The notes beneath the pieces were generated by a model. That model was not told where the DNA came from. It worked only from the letters and a program-made list of their open reading frames with translations, and ran no database searches. Position numbers and translations under genes: made by a program. This document shows, piece by piece, positions 8,298-17,964 of a stretch of DNA of 64,000 bases. This stretch comes from an uncultured Candidatus Rokubacteria bacterium (GTDB taxonomy: Bacteria; Methylomirabilota; Methylomirabilia; Rokubacteriales; DASRDR01). Within the stretch, counting starts at the first letter, position 1. Every line of letters begins with the position of its first letter. The DNA lies in assembly GCA_963826115.1 (NCBI GenBank), contig CAWGVS010000004.1, positions 128,001 to 192,000 on the forward strand, in the 5' to 3' direction.

Positions 8298-11075
8298 TCA
8301 GGGACTCGGGCGGACCACGTCGACCCGGCCGAGCGCGAGCGTCGTGTCGAGGGTCGGCACGAGCCCGCGCCACCAGCGATGGAGCCGCCAGCCGTTGCCG
8401 GGGCTCCAGAGTCCCGCGACCACCCGGTACGGGCCGGGGGTGGCATCGGCGGGCACGCTGATGCGACGCCGGATGCTGACGTGTTGCGGCGTCACGCCGA
8501 GCTCGGGGAGGAACCCGACCAGGGGGTAGTCGTCGCCGAAGCGCGTGCCCTGGTGGTCCGGCCCGCCGTCGGCCCGGAAGTGCGTCCAGACCATGAGGCG
8601 GCCCCACGGCGCGCGGTGGAGGCGCCAGTGGGTCGTGAGGTCGACCGTCTCGCCGGCGCGAAGGGGCTCGGGGAGGACGCCGAAGCCCACGAGCTCGGCC
8701 TGCCCCCCCATCACGGCGCCCACCGGCCGGGCCGCGGTCAGCGCGGCGTCGGCCTCGGCGGCGAGGCGCGTCGCTTCCGCCGCGTCGCCGTCCAGCGTGG
8801 CGAGCCGGGCGCGGAGGCGCCAGAGCTCGACGTGGACGCGCTCCGTCCCGAGTGCCCGCGCGGCCTCGGCGTAGGCGGCGCGCGCGTCGCCCACGAGCCC
8901 CAGCGCCGCGAGCCGCGTGGCGTGCTCGAGTGGCGACCGCACCGTCGCCCGCAGGCGCGCCGTCAGCCGGGCGAAGGCCTCGTAGCCGGCGGGGTCGTCG
9001 GGATCACGGTCCATGGCCTCGTGGTACCGAAGGAGCGCGGGGCCGGGCTGCCCGGCGTTCTCGCGTCGGCGCCCCTCGTCCACGAGCGCGGCGGTGGCAT
9101 CCCGCGCGCCCGTCGGCGCGGGGCCCAGGACGAAGAGCTCCGCGACGCTCCAGCGGCCGGGCGGCCCCTTCTCGACGAGCCGGAGCCGCCGGGTGGTGAC
9201 CGGCGAGAAGCGGACCGTCAGCGTCCGGCTCGGCGTGAGCCGGATGGCGCCGTTCTCCCAGCGCGCCGCGATGCCTTGGGGCGCGAGCGAGAGCAGCTGC
9301 TTCCAGCCGGAGCCGGTCGGGTCGGCCAGCACGACGAGCTCGTCGGGCACGCGCTCGGCCCGGTCGTTCACGAGGATGACCCCGCTGACCGCGCGCTCCG
9401 CCCCGAGGTCCACCTCGATCCAGGCCGAGCCGCTCGGGCCCCGGACGCTCGACCACCCGGTGTCGAGCCGCGCGTCCAGCATGCTCGCCGCCTCGCCGCG
9501 GCCGTCGGCCGCGCGGACCGTGAAGCCCGCGCGCGGGAGCGACCGCGCCGCGGGCGGCGGCATGAAGTCGTGGAAGATGTGGTACTCGCCGACCACGTCT
9601 TCCCGGGCCGTGATCTGCATGACCTCGAGCCAGGCCCGGAACGTCTCCACGCCGGCCTGGACGACGTAGCCTGGACGGGGGGACCGGTCGGCGGCCAGGG
9701 TGTGCGGCGGATAGCGGTCGTTGAACGGCTGGGCGACGATGATGCCGCCGGGCGCCTCGAAGGTGAGGCGCGCGGCGAGCCAGTAGTCGAAGGCGTAGGC
9801 CTCGCGGAGGTCGAGCCGCCGGAGCGCCTCGAACACGCGCGCGTCGGCTGCGCGCTCCTGTCGGTAGCGGAGGCGCGCCTCGGCCGAGAGGGCCGTGATG
9901 TCGGGCGCGAGGTCGAGCCCGACCGCGAAGAGGTACGCCGCCACCCACACGACGGTCCCGACGCGGCTCCTGCGCCAGCTCAGCTGGGCCGCCCGCGCGA
10001 GCACCAGCGCGAGGAGCGGCACCAGGGGCAGGAGGTACCGGGGGACGCGGACGTACCCGCCGTACCACACGACGCCGAGCGTCACCGCGATGCCGATCAG
10101 GAGCAGGGCCTCGCCGGCGCGGCCGACGTCGCGGCGGAGCCGTCCGAGGCCGACGACGACGCGCGCCAGCAGGAGGAGGACCGCGCCGCCGACCACCACC
10201 GGGATCGTCCACGCGAGCGGCCCGGGCAGGTGGGCCGGCTGGTCCGTCGCGGCCCGGACACCCAGGACGACCGGCAGCAGGTCGACGAAGAGGATCCGTG
10301 CCGCCTCCGCGCCGGAGAGGCGGCCCTGGAACCGCGCGCCGGTCGACACCGTCGCCCAGTCGTGTACGAGGTTGTAGACCCAGAACGGCAGGCTCCCGAG
10401 GAGGAACGCGCCCACCCCGAGCCACGCCGCGCGCCGGAACGGCAGGGCCGGCTCCGCGAGGAGGAGGCCGATCAGGGCCGGGATGAGGGCGTCGATGATC
10501 TGGAAGTTGAAGTAGAGCCCAAGGCCGCCGACCAGCCCCATGGCGATCGCCACGCGGCACCGGGCCGGCTCGGACAGGGGGCGCGCGAGCCACAGCGCCG
10601 CGCCGACCAGGACGACCTGTCCCACGAGGAGGTGCTCCACGTAGTAGGACCGGGCAAGCGTGTAGTTGGCCGCGACGTAGGCGGCCACGACGGTGGTGAA
10701 CAGGATGCCGAGCAGGCCCGCCGCCCGGCCGAACAGGAGCGCTCCCGTGCGGTACACCGCGACGGCCAGCGCGAGCGTGCCGAGCGCCGGGACCAGATCG
10801 AGCACGCGGCGCGTCACGCCGAAGAGGAAGAAGAGGGGCGCGGCCGCGTAGGACTCGGGCACCCCGGCGTGGTCCTGCATCAAGAAGAAGATCGGGAACT
10901 CGCCCCGCAGGATGTAGACGCCCATCAGGCCGGTGATCGCCTGGTCGGCATCGAGACGGGGGAACGCCAGGTAGAGCCCGAGGAGGACTCCGAGGAGGCC
11001 GAAGAGCACCCAGAGCCAGAGGTCGGGCGCGCGCCGGTGGAGGGCCCGGCCCGGCGCCGGGCCGGGCCGGCTCAC
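8298..11075 (-). CDS. ArnT/PMT-like (GT-C) membrane glycosyltransferase with discoidin (F5/8C), TPR-like and C-terminal beta domains
   Basis: First loop DADQAITGLMG..FFLMQDHAG; many TM helices; DARLDTGWSS..WIEVDLG..WSVAEL (discoidin-like); helical repeats. Start re-picked at GTG 11075. Confidence 0.7.
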   Translation of the reverse strand: MSRPGPAPGRALHRRAPDLWLWVLFGLLGVLLGLYLAFPRLDADQAITGLMGVYILRGEFPIFFLMQDHAGVPESYAAAPLFFLFGVTRRVLDLVPALGTLALAVAVYRTGALLFGRAAGLLGILFTTVVAAYVAANYTLARSYYVEHLLVGQVVLVGAALWLARPLSEPARCRVAIAMGLVGGLGLYFNFQIIDALIPALIGLLLAEPALPFRRAAWLGVGAFLLGSLPFWVYNLVHDWATVSTGARFQGRLSGAEAARILFVDLLPVVLGVRAATDQPAHLPGPLAWTIPVVVGGAVLLLLARVVVGLGRLRRDVGRAGEALLLIGIAVTLGVVWYGGYVRVPRYLLPLVPLLALVLARAAQLSWRRSRVGTVVWVAAYLFAVGLDLAPDITALSAEARLRYRQERAADARVFEALRRLDLREAYAFDYWLAARLTFEAPGGIIVAQPFNDRYPPHTLAADRSPRPGYVVQAGVETFRAWLEVMQITAREDVVGEYHIFHDFMPPPAARSLPRAGFTVRAADGRGEAASMLDARLDTGWSSVRGPSGSAWIEVDLGAERAVSGVILVNDRAERVPDELVVLADPTGSGWKQLLSLAPQGIAARWENGAIRLTPSRTLTVRFSPVTTRRLRLVEKGPPGRWSVAELFVLGPAPTGARDATAALVDEGRRRENAGQPGPALLRYHEAMDRDPDDPAGYEAFARLTARLRATVRSPLEHATRLAALGLVGDARAAYAEAARALGTERVHVELWRLRARLATLDGDAAEATRLAAEADAALTAARPVGAVMGGQAELVGFGVLPEPLRAGETVDLTTHWRLHRAPWGRLMVWTHFRADGGPDHQGTRFGDDYPLVGFLPELGVTPQHVSIRRRISVPADATPGPYRVVAGLWSPGNGWRLHRWWRGLVPTLDTTLALGRVDVVRPSP

Positions 11076-11127
11076 CGGGCGGTCGTGGCCCGGCGGGCGC
11101 CGATTGGCCGGGCGGCGGCCCGTGGGC

Positions 11128-11871
11128 TCACCGCCGGGCCAGCCGGAGGCGGAACACCGAGGCCAGGTACGTCCAGAGGTACGCGGAGAAGCGCGTCTTG
11201 GACTCGCCGCCCTTCCGGAACCGGTACACCGTCGGGATCTCCAGCACCCGGCCGCCGTGGTGCACCACGTGGTGCAGGAACCGGATCGCGTAGTCGCCAT
11301 AGCCGTAGAAGACGGCGTTCGCGTCGAGCCCGCGCAGGAGCGCCGGCCGGAAGGTGAGGTAGCCAGAGAGGTTGTCGTGGATGCGGAGGCCCAGCACCAT
11401 GCGGATCAGGATGTTGAAGGCGTAGGAGCCCCAGTACCGGAACCGCGACGTGAGCATGCCGCCGCCGAGCACGTAGCGGGAGCCGATCACCACATCGAAG
11501 TCCTCGACGCAGCGGACCATCAGCGGCAGGAGGACGGGGTCGTGGTTGCCGTCGGAGTCCATGACCACGACGACGTCGCCCCGCGCGTGCTGGATCCCCC
11601 AGAGGATGGCGCTCGCGAGCCCCCGCTCGCCCCGGCGCACGTGGACGCGCACGCCGGGGTCGGCCCGGAAGACCGTCTCGACGTGCGCGGCCGTGCCGTC
11701 GGGCGACGCGTCGTCCACGACCAGGACCTCGATCTCGAGCCCCGCCCCGCGGGCGACCCCCAGGATCTCGGCGACGAGCTCGGCGATGCCCTCCTGCTCG
11801 TTGTAGGTGGGCAGGATGACCGAGACCACGGGTTCCGTCCTAGCTCCGGAGGGGCGTGCCGGCGTGCTCAT
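11128..11871 (-). CDS. GT2, polyprenol-monophospho-sugar synthase (Dpm1-like)
   Basis: VILPTYNE, VDDASPDGT, RGLASA, MDSDGNH, GSRYV, RKGGESK. Confidence 0.88.
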   Translation of the reverse strand: MSTPARPSGARTEPVVSVILPTYNEQEGIAELVAEILGVARGAGLEIEVLVVDDASPDGTAAHVETVFRADPGVRVHVRRGERGLASAILWGIQHARGDVVVVMDSDGNHDPVLLPLMVRCVEDFDVVIGSRYVLGGGMLTSRFRYWGSYAFNILIRMVLGLRIHDNLSGYLTFRPALLRGLDANAVFYGYGDYAIRFLHHVVHHGGRVLEIPTVYRFRKGGESKTRFSAYLWTYLASVFRLRLARR

Positions 11872-11887
11872 GGTCCCGGGACGTCCG

Positions 11888-12982
11888 TCAGCGGGGGGCG
11901 AGCGCCCGCAGCGCTTCGCACACCGTGGCGATCTCCTCGAGGCGGAGGCCGGTCCCGGAGGGCAGGTTGATGCCCTTGGCGCTGAGCGCGGTCGCCACGG
12001 GGAACGGGGCGTCCTGCCGGTACGGCGGCAGCTCGTGGAGCGGCACGAAGAACGGGCGGGAGTCGATCCCGCGCGCCCGGAGCCCCGCGATCACGGCGTC
12101 GCGGCTCACGCCGAACTCCGGCTCGACGAGCACCGAGTACATCCAGTACACGTTGTGGGCCCAGGGCTCGGCGGGCGGCCGCGTGAGTCCGGGAATGCCG
12201 GCCAGGCCGGCCTCGTAGGCGCCGGCGATCGCCTTCCGCCGGCCGAGGATGGCGTCCGCCTGCTCGAGCTGCGCGCAGCCGATTGCCGCCTGGATGTTGG
12301 TCATGCGGTAATTGAAGCCGATCTCCGGGTGATAGTAGCGGCGACGGGGATCCATCGCGTGATCCCGGAGGAACGCCGCCCGCTCGGCGAGCGCCGCGTC
12401 GTTGGTCACGACGATGCCGCCCTCGCCGGTCGTGATGATCTTGTTGCCGTAGAAGGAAAACGCGCCGATGCGTCCGAGGGCGCCGACCCGCCGCCCCTTG
12501 TAGCGCGCGCCGTGCGCTTCGGCGGCGTCCTCGACGATGTCCAGCCGGTGCTCGGCGGCCAGGGCGAGGAGCGGATCCATGTCCACCGGGTGCCCGTAGA
12601 GGTGTACGGGGATGATGGCGCGGGTACGCGCGGTGAGTTTCCGCCCCGCGTCGGCGGGATCCATGCCCCAAGTTCGCGCATCGGAATCGACCAGCACCGG
12701 CGTCGCCCCCGTGTAGCAGACGACGTTGGCCGTCGACACGAAGGTCAGGTCCGGCACCAGCACCTCGTCACCCGGCCCGATGCCGAGAGTGGCCAGACAG
12801 AGGTGGAGCGCCGTGGTGCCGTTCGACGTCGCCACGGCGTGCCGGGCCTCGCAGAACGTCGCGAAGTCCCGCTCGAAGCGCCCGACGTACGAGCCGAGGG
12901 ACGAGATCCAGCCCGTGTCCACGCAGTCGAGGACGTACCGGCGCACGTTCTCGGAGAGCCAGGGGGCGAAGACCGGGATCAT
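11888..12982 (-). CDS. DegT/DnrJ aminotransferase, perosamine synthase-like
   Basis: GWISS, SNGTTALHL, EDAAEAHGA, SFYGNKIITTGEGG (PLP lysine), GFNYRMTN; ATGA overlap with the upstream gene. Confidence 0.92.
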   Translation of the reverse strand: MIPVFAPWLSENVRRYVLDCVDTGWISSLGSYVGRFERDFATFCEARHAVATSNGTTALHLCLATLGIGPGDEVLVPDLTFVSTANVVCYTGATPVLVDSDARTWGMDPADAGRKLTARTRAIIPVHLYGHPVDMDPLLALAAEHRLDIVEDAAEAHGARYKGRRVGALGRIGAFSFYGNKIITTGEGGIVVTNDAALAERAAFLRDHAMDPRRRYYHPEIGFNYRMTNIQAAIGCAQLEQADAILGRRKAIAGAYEAGLAGIPGLTRPPAEPWAHNVYWMYSVLVEPEFGVSRDAVIAGLRARGIDSRPFFVPLHELPPYRQDAPFPVATALSAKGINLPSGTGLRLEEIATVCEALRALAPR

Positions 12983-14217
12983 CCGCGCTCCTCGCGCACC
13001 TCGGCCACGGCCTGACACACGTAAGCCACCTCGGCCTCCGTGAGGGTCGCGCCCGAGGGCAGGTAGAGCCCGCGTCGGCAGAGCTCCTCGGCGATGGGGA
13101 ACCGCTGCCCGCGGAACAGCTCATAGTAGATCGGCTGGAGGTGAATGGGAATGAAGAAGGTGCGCGTCTCGATCCCCCGGCGCGCGAGGCGCTGCCGGAG
13201 CTCGTCGCGGGAGATGCCGAACTCGTCCTCGACGACGACCCCGTACATCCAGTAGACGTTCTTGGCCCACGACTTCTCGACCGGCAGGGTGAGCCCGGGG
13301 ATCCGCTTGAGCCGCGCCGAGTAGCGGGCGGCGTTGTCGCGGCGGATGCGCACGAACTCGTCCAGGCGCTCGACCTGGGCCAAGCCCACCGCGGCCTGCA
13401 TGTTCGTCATCCGGTAGTTGAACCCCAGGTACTTGTGCCAGAAGTGCCGCTCGTCGGAGAAGGCGTGGTCGCGAAGCCGACGCCCGAGACGGGCCATCTC
13501 GAGGTTGTTCGTCGTGACCATCCCGCCCTCGCCGGTCGTGATGATCTTGTTCGCGTAGAAGGAGAAGGACGATGCCTGACCGATGCTCCCGACCGGCCGT
13601 CCCCGGTAGGTCGCGCCGTGGGCCTCCGCGGCGTCCTCCAGGACCCACAGGCCGTGGCGCTCCGCCAGCGCCATGACCGCATCCATGTCGACGGGGTGCC
13701 CGTAGGTGTGAACCACGATGATGCCCTTCGTGCGCGGCGTGATGGCGTCCGCGAGGCGCGCCGTGTCCGGATTCCACGTGTCGCGCTCCGAGTCGACCAG
13801 CACCGAGGTGGCGCCGGTATACCGGACCGCGTTCGCGGTCGCGATCATGGTGAAGGCGGGCAGGATCACCTCGTCCCCCGGCTCCAGCCCGAACGTCACC
13901 AGCGCGAGGTGGAGCGACGTCGTCCCGTTCGAGCAGGCCACGCCGTACCGGCACCCGACCGCCTGGGCGAAGGCGTCCTCGAACTCCCGGACGAAGCGGC
14001 CGGCCGAGGAGATCCAGTTCGACTGGATGCACTGGGTGAGGTAGCGGAGCTCGTTCCCGTCGAGGCGCGGGTCCGAGACGGGGATGATCTGGCGCGTCAG
14101 CGCCTCCTCCACGACCGGGATGCGGGGCAGGCGGAACTCGAGCGCGGGCTCGGGCCCCGGCACGATCCGGAGGAGGTCGGCCATGACGTGCTCGGGCAGG
14201 CGGGTCTCTTCGATCAC
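12979..14217 (-). CDS. DegT/DnrJ aminotransferase, perosamine synthase-like, with N-terminal extension
   Basis: NWISSAG, EDAAEAHGA, SFYANKIITTGEGG, GFNYRMTN; GAGGAGG RBS before GTG 14217. Confidence 0.92.
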   Translation of the reverse strand: MIEETRLPEHVMADLLRIVPGPEPALEFRLPRIPVVEEALTRQIIPVSDPRLDGNELRYLTQCIQSNWISSAGRFVREFEDAFAQAVGCRYGVACSNGTTSLHLALVTFGLEPGDEVILPAFTMIATANAVRYTGATSVLVDSERDTWNPDTARLADAITPRTKGIIVVHTYGHPVDMDAVMALAERHGLWVLEDAAEAHGATYRGRPVGSIGQASSFSFYANKIITTGEGGMVTTNNLEMARLGRRLRDHAFSDERHFWHKYLGFNYRMTNMQAAVGLAQVERLDEFVRIRRDNAARYSARLKRIPGLTLPVEKSWAKNVYWMYGVVVEDEFGISRDELRQRLARRGIETRTFFIPIHLQPIYYELFRGQRFPIAEELCRRGLYLPSGATLTEAEVAYVCQAVAEVREERG

Positions 14218-14939
14218 GACCGGTCCTCCTCGGTGCGGCTCTCCCGTCGGAGCCGCCGGATCGTTTGGGCGTAGCGCAGCCCCAGAGCCGCGAACCGGCG
14301 CAGGTTCGGGCTGGTCTTCGTCGTGCCCGCGCGTCGCTCCACGCACGTGTACGGCACCTCGACGACGCGGAGCCCTTGGCGGCACGCCCGGTGGAGAAAG
14401 TCGATGCAGTAGTCCCCGTAGGCGTGGTCAGCCCGGATGGGCACGCGCTGGAGCGCGGTGCGCCTGGCCGCCACGAACCCCGAGGTCCAGTCCCGGACCG
14501 GCCCGCCGAGCGAGAGCGTGCCGAAGGCGTTGATCGCGCGCGACGCCAGGATGCGTGCCGCGGAGTCCCGAGCGTCTCGGCCTCCGGCGGCGTACCGCGA
14601 GGCTACCGCGACGTCGGCGGCCGCCGTCGCCTCCACGAGCCGCGGGATGACGTCGGCGGGCATGGAGCCGTCGGCGTCGAGCCACGCCACCACCTCGCCC
14701 TTCGTCTCCGTAACACCCTCCGCGATGGCCGAGGCGAGGCCGCGCCGGCCCACCCGGCGGAGGGCGCGCGCGCGCCCGTCGCCGGCGAAGGCGGCGTCCA
14801 CCACTTCCCAGGTGCGGTCGGGCGAGTCGTCGTCAATGACCAGCACCTCGACGTCCCCCACCGCGTCGAGGATCTCGCGAACGACGCCGACGATCACCTC
14901 GCTCTCGTTGTACGTGGGCAGCACGACCGAGGCCGTCAC
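14214..14939 (-). CDS. GT2, polyprenol-monophospho-sugar synthase (Dpm1-like)
   Basis: VVLPTYNE, IDDDSPDRT, RGLASA, LDADGS, DWTSGF; GTGA overlap. Confidence 0.88.
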   Translation of the reverse strand: MTASVVLPTYNESEVIVGVVREILDAVGDVEVLVIDDDSPDRTWEVVDAAFAGDGRARALRRVGRRGLASAIAEGVTETKGEVVAWLDADGSMPADVIPRLVEATAAADVAVASRYAAGGRDARDSAARILASRAINAFGTLSLGGPVRDWTSGFVAARRTALQRVPIRADHAYGDYCIDFLHRACRQGLRVVEVPYTCVERRAGTTKTSPNLRRFAALGLRYAQTIRRLRRESRTEEDRS

Positions 14940-15664
14940 GCCGCCGCCTTCCGCGCCACTAGCACGACCGAGCTGCCGAACGGCAGGGAGCCGAGCCGGA
15001 GGAGCGCCCGCTCGACCGCCTGGACGCCGAGGAGCGCGGCGTTGAGCGGACGGGGCAGCGCGAAGACGTCGGACCCCCCCGCCGCCCCGCGGCGCGCGAG
15101 GCGCACGGCCGCTACCGCCGGGAAGACGAGACAGTAGGCGTAGGACGCGAGCACCGGCGTGAAGCCCGCCGCGCGGACGTGCCGGACGAGCTCGCGCCGC
15201 GTGTACCGGCGGGCGCCGTGGACGGCGTCGTCGTGCGCCGAGCGCAGCCACTGGAACGCGGAGTCGGTGAGCAGGAGCAGCCCGCCCGGGCGGAGAACCC
15301 GGTGACACTCGCGCAGCGCCCCGCCTTCCGACACAACGTTCCGATGATAGAGCAGGTCCAGGCAGAGGCACGCCGCAAACGTGGCGTCGCGGAACGGCAG
15401 GGCCTCGGCGACGCTCCCGGCCAGGCCCCGGAGCCCGCGCCGCCGGGAGAGGCCGAGGGCGGCCGGATCGGCGTCGACGCCCAGCCACGTGCCCTGCGCC
15501 GCGAGGACCGCCAGGGTGCCGCCCGCCCCGCAGCCCACGTCGAGCCCCGGACCGGCGACGGCGCCGTACCGCCGGAGCAGCGACAGGACCAGCGTGCGCT
15601 TGGACCGGAACCACCAGTGCGTGTCCTCGAGGGCGAAGTGCTCGGTGAACACCTGCGCGTCCAT
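14936..15664 (-). CDS. Class I SAM-dependent methyltransferase
   Basis: EDTHWWF, LDVGCGAG, LPFRD, RVLRPGG, HDDAVHGARRY; this family is often beside GT2 genes. Confidence 0.9.
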   Translation of the reverse strand: MDAQVFTEHFALEDTHWWFRSKRTLVLSLLRRYGAVAGPGLDVGCGAGGTLAVLAAQGTWLGVDADPAALGLSRRRGLRGLAGSVAEALPFRDATFAACLCLDLLYHRNVVSEGGALRECHRVLRPGGLLLLTDSAFQWLRSAHDDAVHGARRYTRRELVRHVRAAGFTPVLASYAYCLVFPAVAAVRLARRGAAGGSDVFALPRPLNAALLGVQAVERALLRLGSLPFGSSVVLVARKAAA

Positions 15665-15667
15665 CGA

Positions 15668-16873
15668 CTACGCCCCCGCCCCGCCGAACACCCGGCCGAG
15701 GAACTCGAGATACTGCCGGGTGATGCCCGGCCACCGGTAGCGCGCCTCGACGTAGGCGCGGCCGCGCTCGCCGAGCGTCTTCCGGAGCGCCTCGTCGCCG
15801 AGGAGCGTCGAGGCCCCGGCGGCGAAGTCGCCCGGCGTCCGCTCGTAGAGGAGCCCCGCGTCCGAGCGCTCCAGGTGGCCCCGGAGGACTGGCGAGCGCG
15901 CGGTCGCGAGCACCGGCGTGCCCTGGGACCACGCCTCGAGGATCACGAACGAGAAGCTCTCGTGGGGCGACGGCATGACGAGGGCGGTCGCCCCGGCGAT
16001 CGCGTCGTGCTTCTCGGCCTCGGGCCGGAAGCCGAGGGCGCGGATCGCGGGGTGGCGCGGGAGCTTCAGCGCAACCGTGCCCATGAGGACCAGTGTCGCC
16101 GGCTCGGCGGCGCGCTCGCGCCAGGCGAGGAACGCGTCAACGAGAGCCCGGCAGCCCTTCTCGATGTCCACCCGGCCGACGTAGAGGAAGTAGGGGCCCT
16201 CGAGCCCGTGCTGCCGCCGGAACCGCGCCGGGTCGGCGTCGGCGACCGGATCGATTCCGCCGCCGATGACCGCGGACGGGAGGTGTCGCGTGTGGAAGCG
16301 CGCCTCGACGAACGCGCGCTCCTCCTCCACCTGGAAGATGAGCCCCCGCGGGATCCGGAACAGGCTCCGAAAGAGGTCGAGGTAGATCGGCCGCTCGTCG
16401 TGCGCGGTCGGCACGAGGACGGCCTTGTCCGCCACCAGCGGGAGCCCGAGCGTCGTCGGGAGGTAGAGGTACGTGTAGAAGACGAACCCGTCGTGGTCGT
16501 CGGCGTGGGCTCGGATCCACTCGATCAGGAACGGCGTCAGCGGCCCTTGCTGCCGCACCCACTCGGCCTCGTCGAAGAAGGTGTGGGGCGTCGCGTAGAG
16601 CCAGTCGGCGTAGCGGCCGAACGCCCGCACCCGGCGCGGCCGGTCGACCGGGAAGCGGCGCACGCGGACCCCGTTGATCGTCTCGACGCCCGGCGGGTAG
16701 ACGTTCTGCCAGGTGAGGTAGTCGCGGGCGCAGGTGGTCAGGACCTCGACGTCGTGGTGGGCGGCCAGGGCCTCCGCGACACGCCGGCACTCGTGCTCGG
16801 CGCCGCCGTCGATCTCCGGCCCGTAGCGCTGCACCACGAAGGCGAGCCGGAGCCGGGCCCGCGCCGCCGTCAC
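15668..16873 (-). CDS. Glycosyltransferase family 4
   Basis: VVQRYGPEIDGGAE, LTTCARD, YVGRVDIEKG, ESFSFVILEAW. Confidence 0.92.
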   Translation of the reverse strand: MTAARARLRLAFVVQRYGPEIDGGAEHECRRVAEALAAHHDVEVLTTCARDYLTWQNVYPPGVETINGVRVRRFPVDRPRRVRAFGRYADWLYATPHTFFDEAEWVRQQGPLTPFLIEWIRAHADDHDGFVFYTYLYLPTTLGLPLVADKAVLVPTAHDERPIYLDLFRSLFRIPRGLIFQVEEERAFVEARFHTRHLPSAVIGGGIDPVADADPARFRRQHGLEGPYFLYVGRVDIEKGCRALVDAFLAWRERAAEPATLVLMGTVALKLPRHPAIRALGFRPEAEKHDAIAGATALVMPSPHESFSFVILEAWSQGTPVLATARSPVLRGHLERSDAGLLYERTPGDFAAGASTLLGDEALRKTLGERGRAYVEARYRWPGITRQYLEFLGRVFGGAGA

Positions 16874-17964
16874 CGGAGGGCCTCCGCGCTCGCCAGCGTG
16901 TCGAGGTGCTCCCTCAGCATGGCCCCGATCGCGTCGGCGTCGAACGCGCGGAGCCGCGCCCGCTGGCCCGCGGCCACGGCGGCCCGGAGCGCCGGGTCGC
17001 GGACGATGCGATGGAGGAGCTCGGCGATGGCCGGGAAGTCCTTCTCCTCGAGCAGGAGGCCGGCGTCGCCCATCGTGCCCGGCACGCCGGCGGCGGCGTA
17101 GGCGACGACCGGCACGCCGAAGTGCATCGCCTCGAGGAGCGGCACGCAGAAGCCCTCGTGCTCCGAGAGGCAGAGGTAGGCCGACGCCAGGCGGTAGTAG
17201 GTGCACAGCTCCGCCTGCGACACGCTGCCCGCGAACACCACGTGGTCGAGGAGGCCCAGCTCGGCGCAGAGCTTCTGGCACCCGGCGAGGTAGGTCTCGG
17301 TGTCCACCGCCGACCCGACGATGATCAGCCGGCTGTCGGGGTCGAGGCGCCGGTAGAAGTAGTACGCCTTGACGAGGTCCTCGATCCGCTTGTTCGGCGC
17401 GACCCGCCCCACGAACAGGAGGTTCGTCCCGCGGCCGTACGCCTCCTCGATGGCCCGCACGGGGGGCAGCTGGTACTGGTCCCAGTCCACCAGGATCGGC
17501 AGGACGCCGGTCCGCCGGAAGCCGACGGTCTCGAGCTCCTGCCGGTTGAACTCCGACACCCCGAGGGCGAGCTCGGTCACGTTGCGGAGGCGGGCGAGCT
17601 CCCAGCGGCCGCGGCGGCAGCGGTCGGCGACGCGCGCGTTGACGCCGACGAAGTACTCGGGCGGCGTGATGTTGTGGTAGACCATCGCGCGCCGGTCCGG
17701 GAGGCTCGCGAAGAAGCTCGTCACCTCCGAGCCGATCGAGAAGTGGAAGAGCACCACCGTGTCCGGGGAGGACACCGCGCGGTACGTCGTGTAGAAGTGG
17801 GCGTCCTTCAGGAGACTCATGTGCCGGTACTGCGCGTACACGTCGGAGGCGTAGCCCCAGCTCCGGAGGAGCTTCCGGAGCGCCCGGACGTGGTTCCCGA
17901 TGGCGTCGCCCAGGTCGAAGTTCGACACGAGCTGGTGGACGGCCCGGACGGGCGGGTGGGTCAC
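16870..17964 (-). CDS. Glycosyltransferase family 4
   Basis: GDAIGNH, YHNITPP, FVGRVAPNK, HEGFCVPLLEAM. Confidence 0.92.
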   Translation of the reverse strand: MTHPPVRAVHQLVSNFDLGDAIGNHVRALRKLLRSWGYASDVYAQYRHMSLLKDAHFYTTYRAVSSPDTVVLFHFSIGSEVTSFFASLPDRRAMVYHNITPPEYFVGVNARVADRCRRGRWELARLRNVTELALGVSEFNRQELETVGFRRTGVLPILVDWDQYQLPPVRAIEEAYGRGTNLLFVGRVAPNKRIEDLVKAYYFYRRLDPDSRLIIVGSAVDTETYLAGCQKLCAELGLLDHVVFAGSVSQAELCTYYRLASAYLCLSEHEGFCVPLLEAMHFGVPVVAYAAAGVPGTMGDAGLLLEEKDFPAIAELLHRIVRDPALRAAVAAGQRARLRAFDADAIGAMLREHLDTLASAEALR

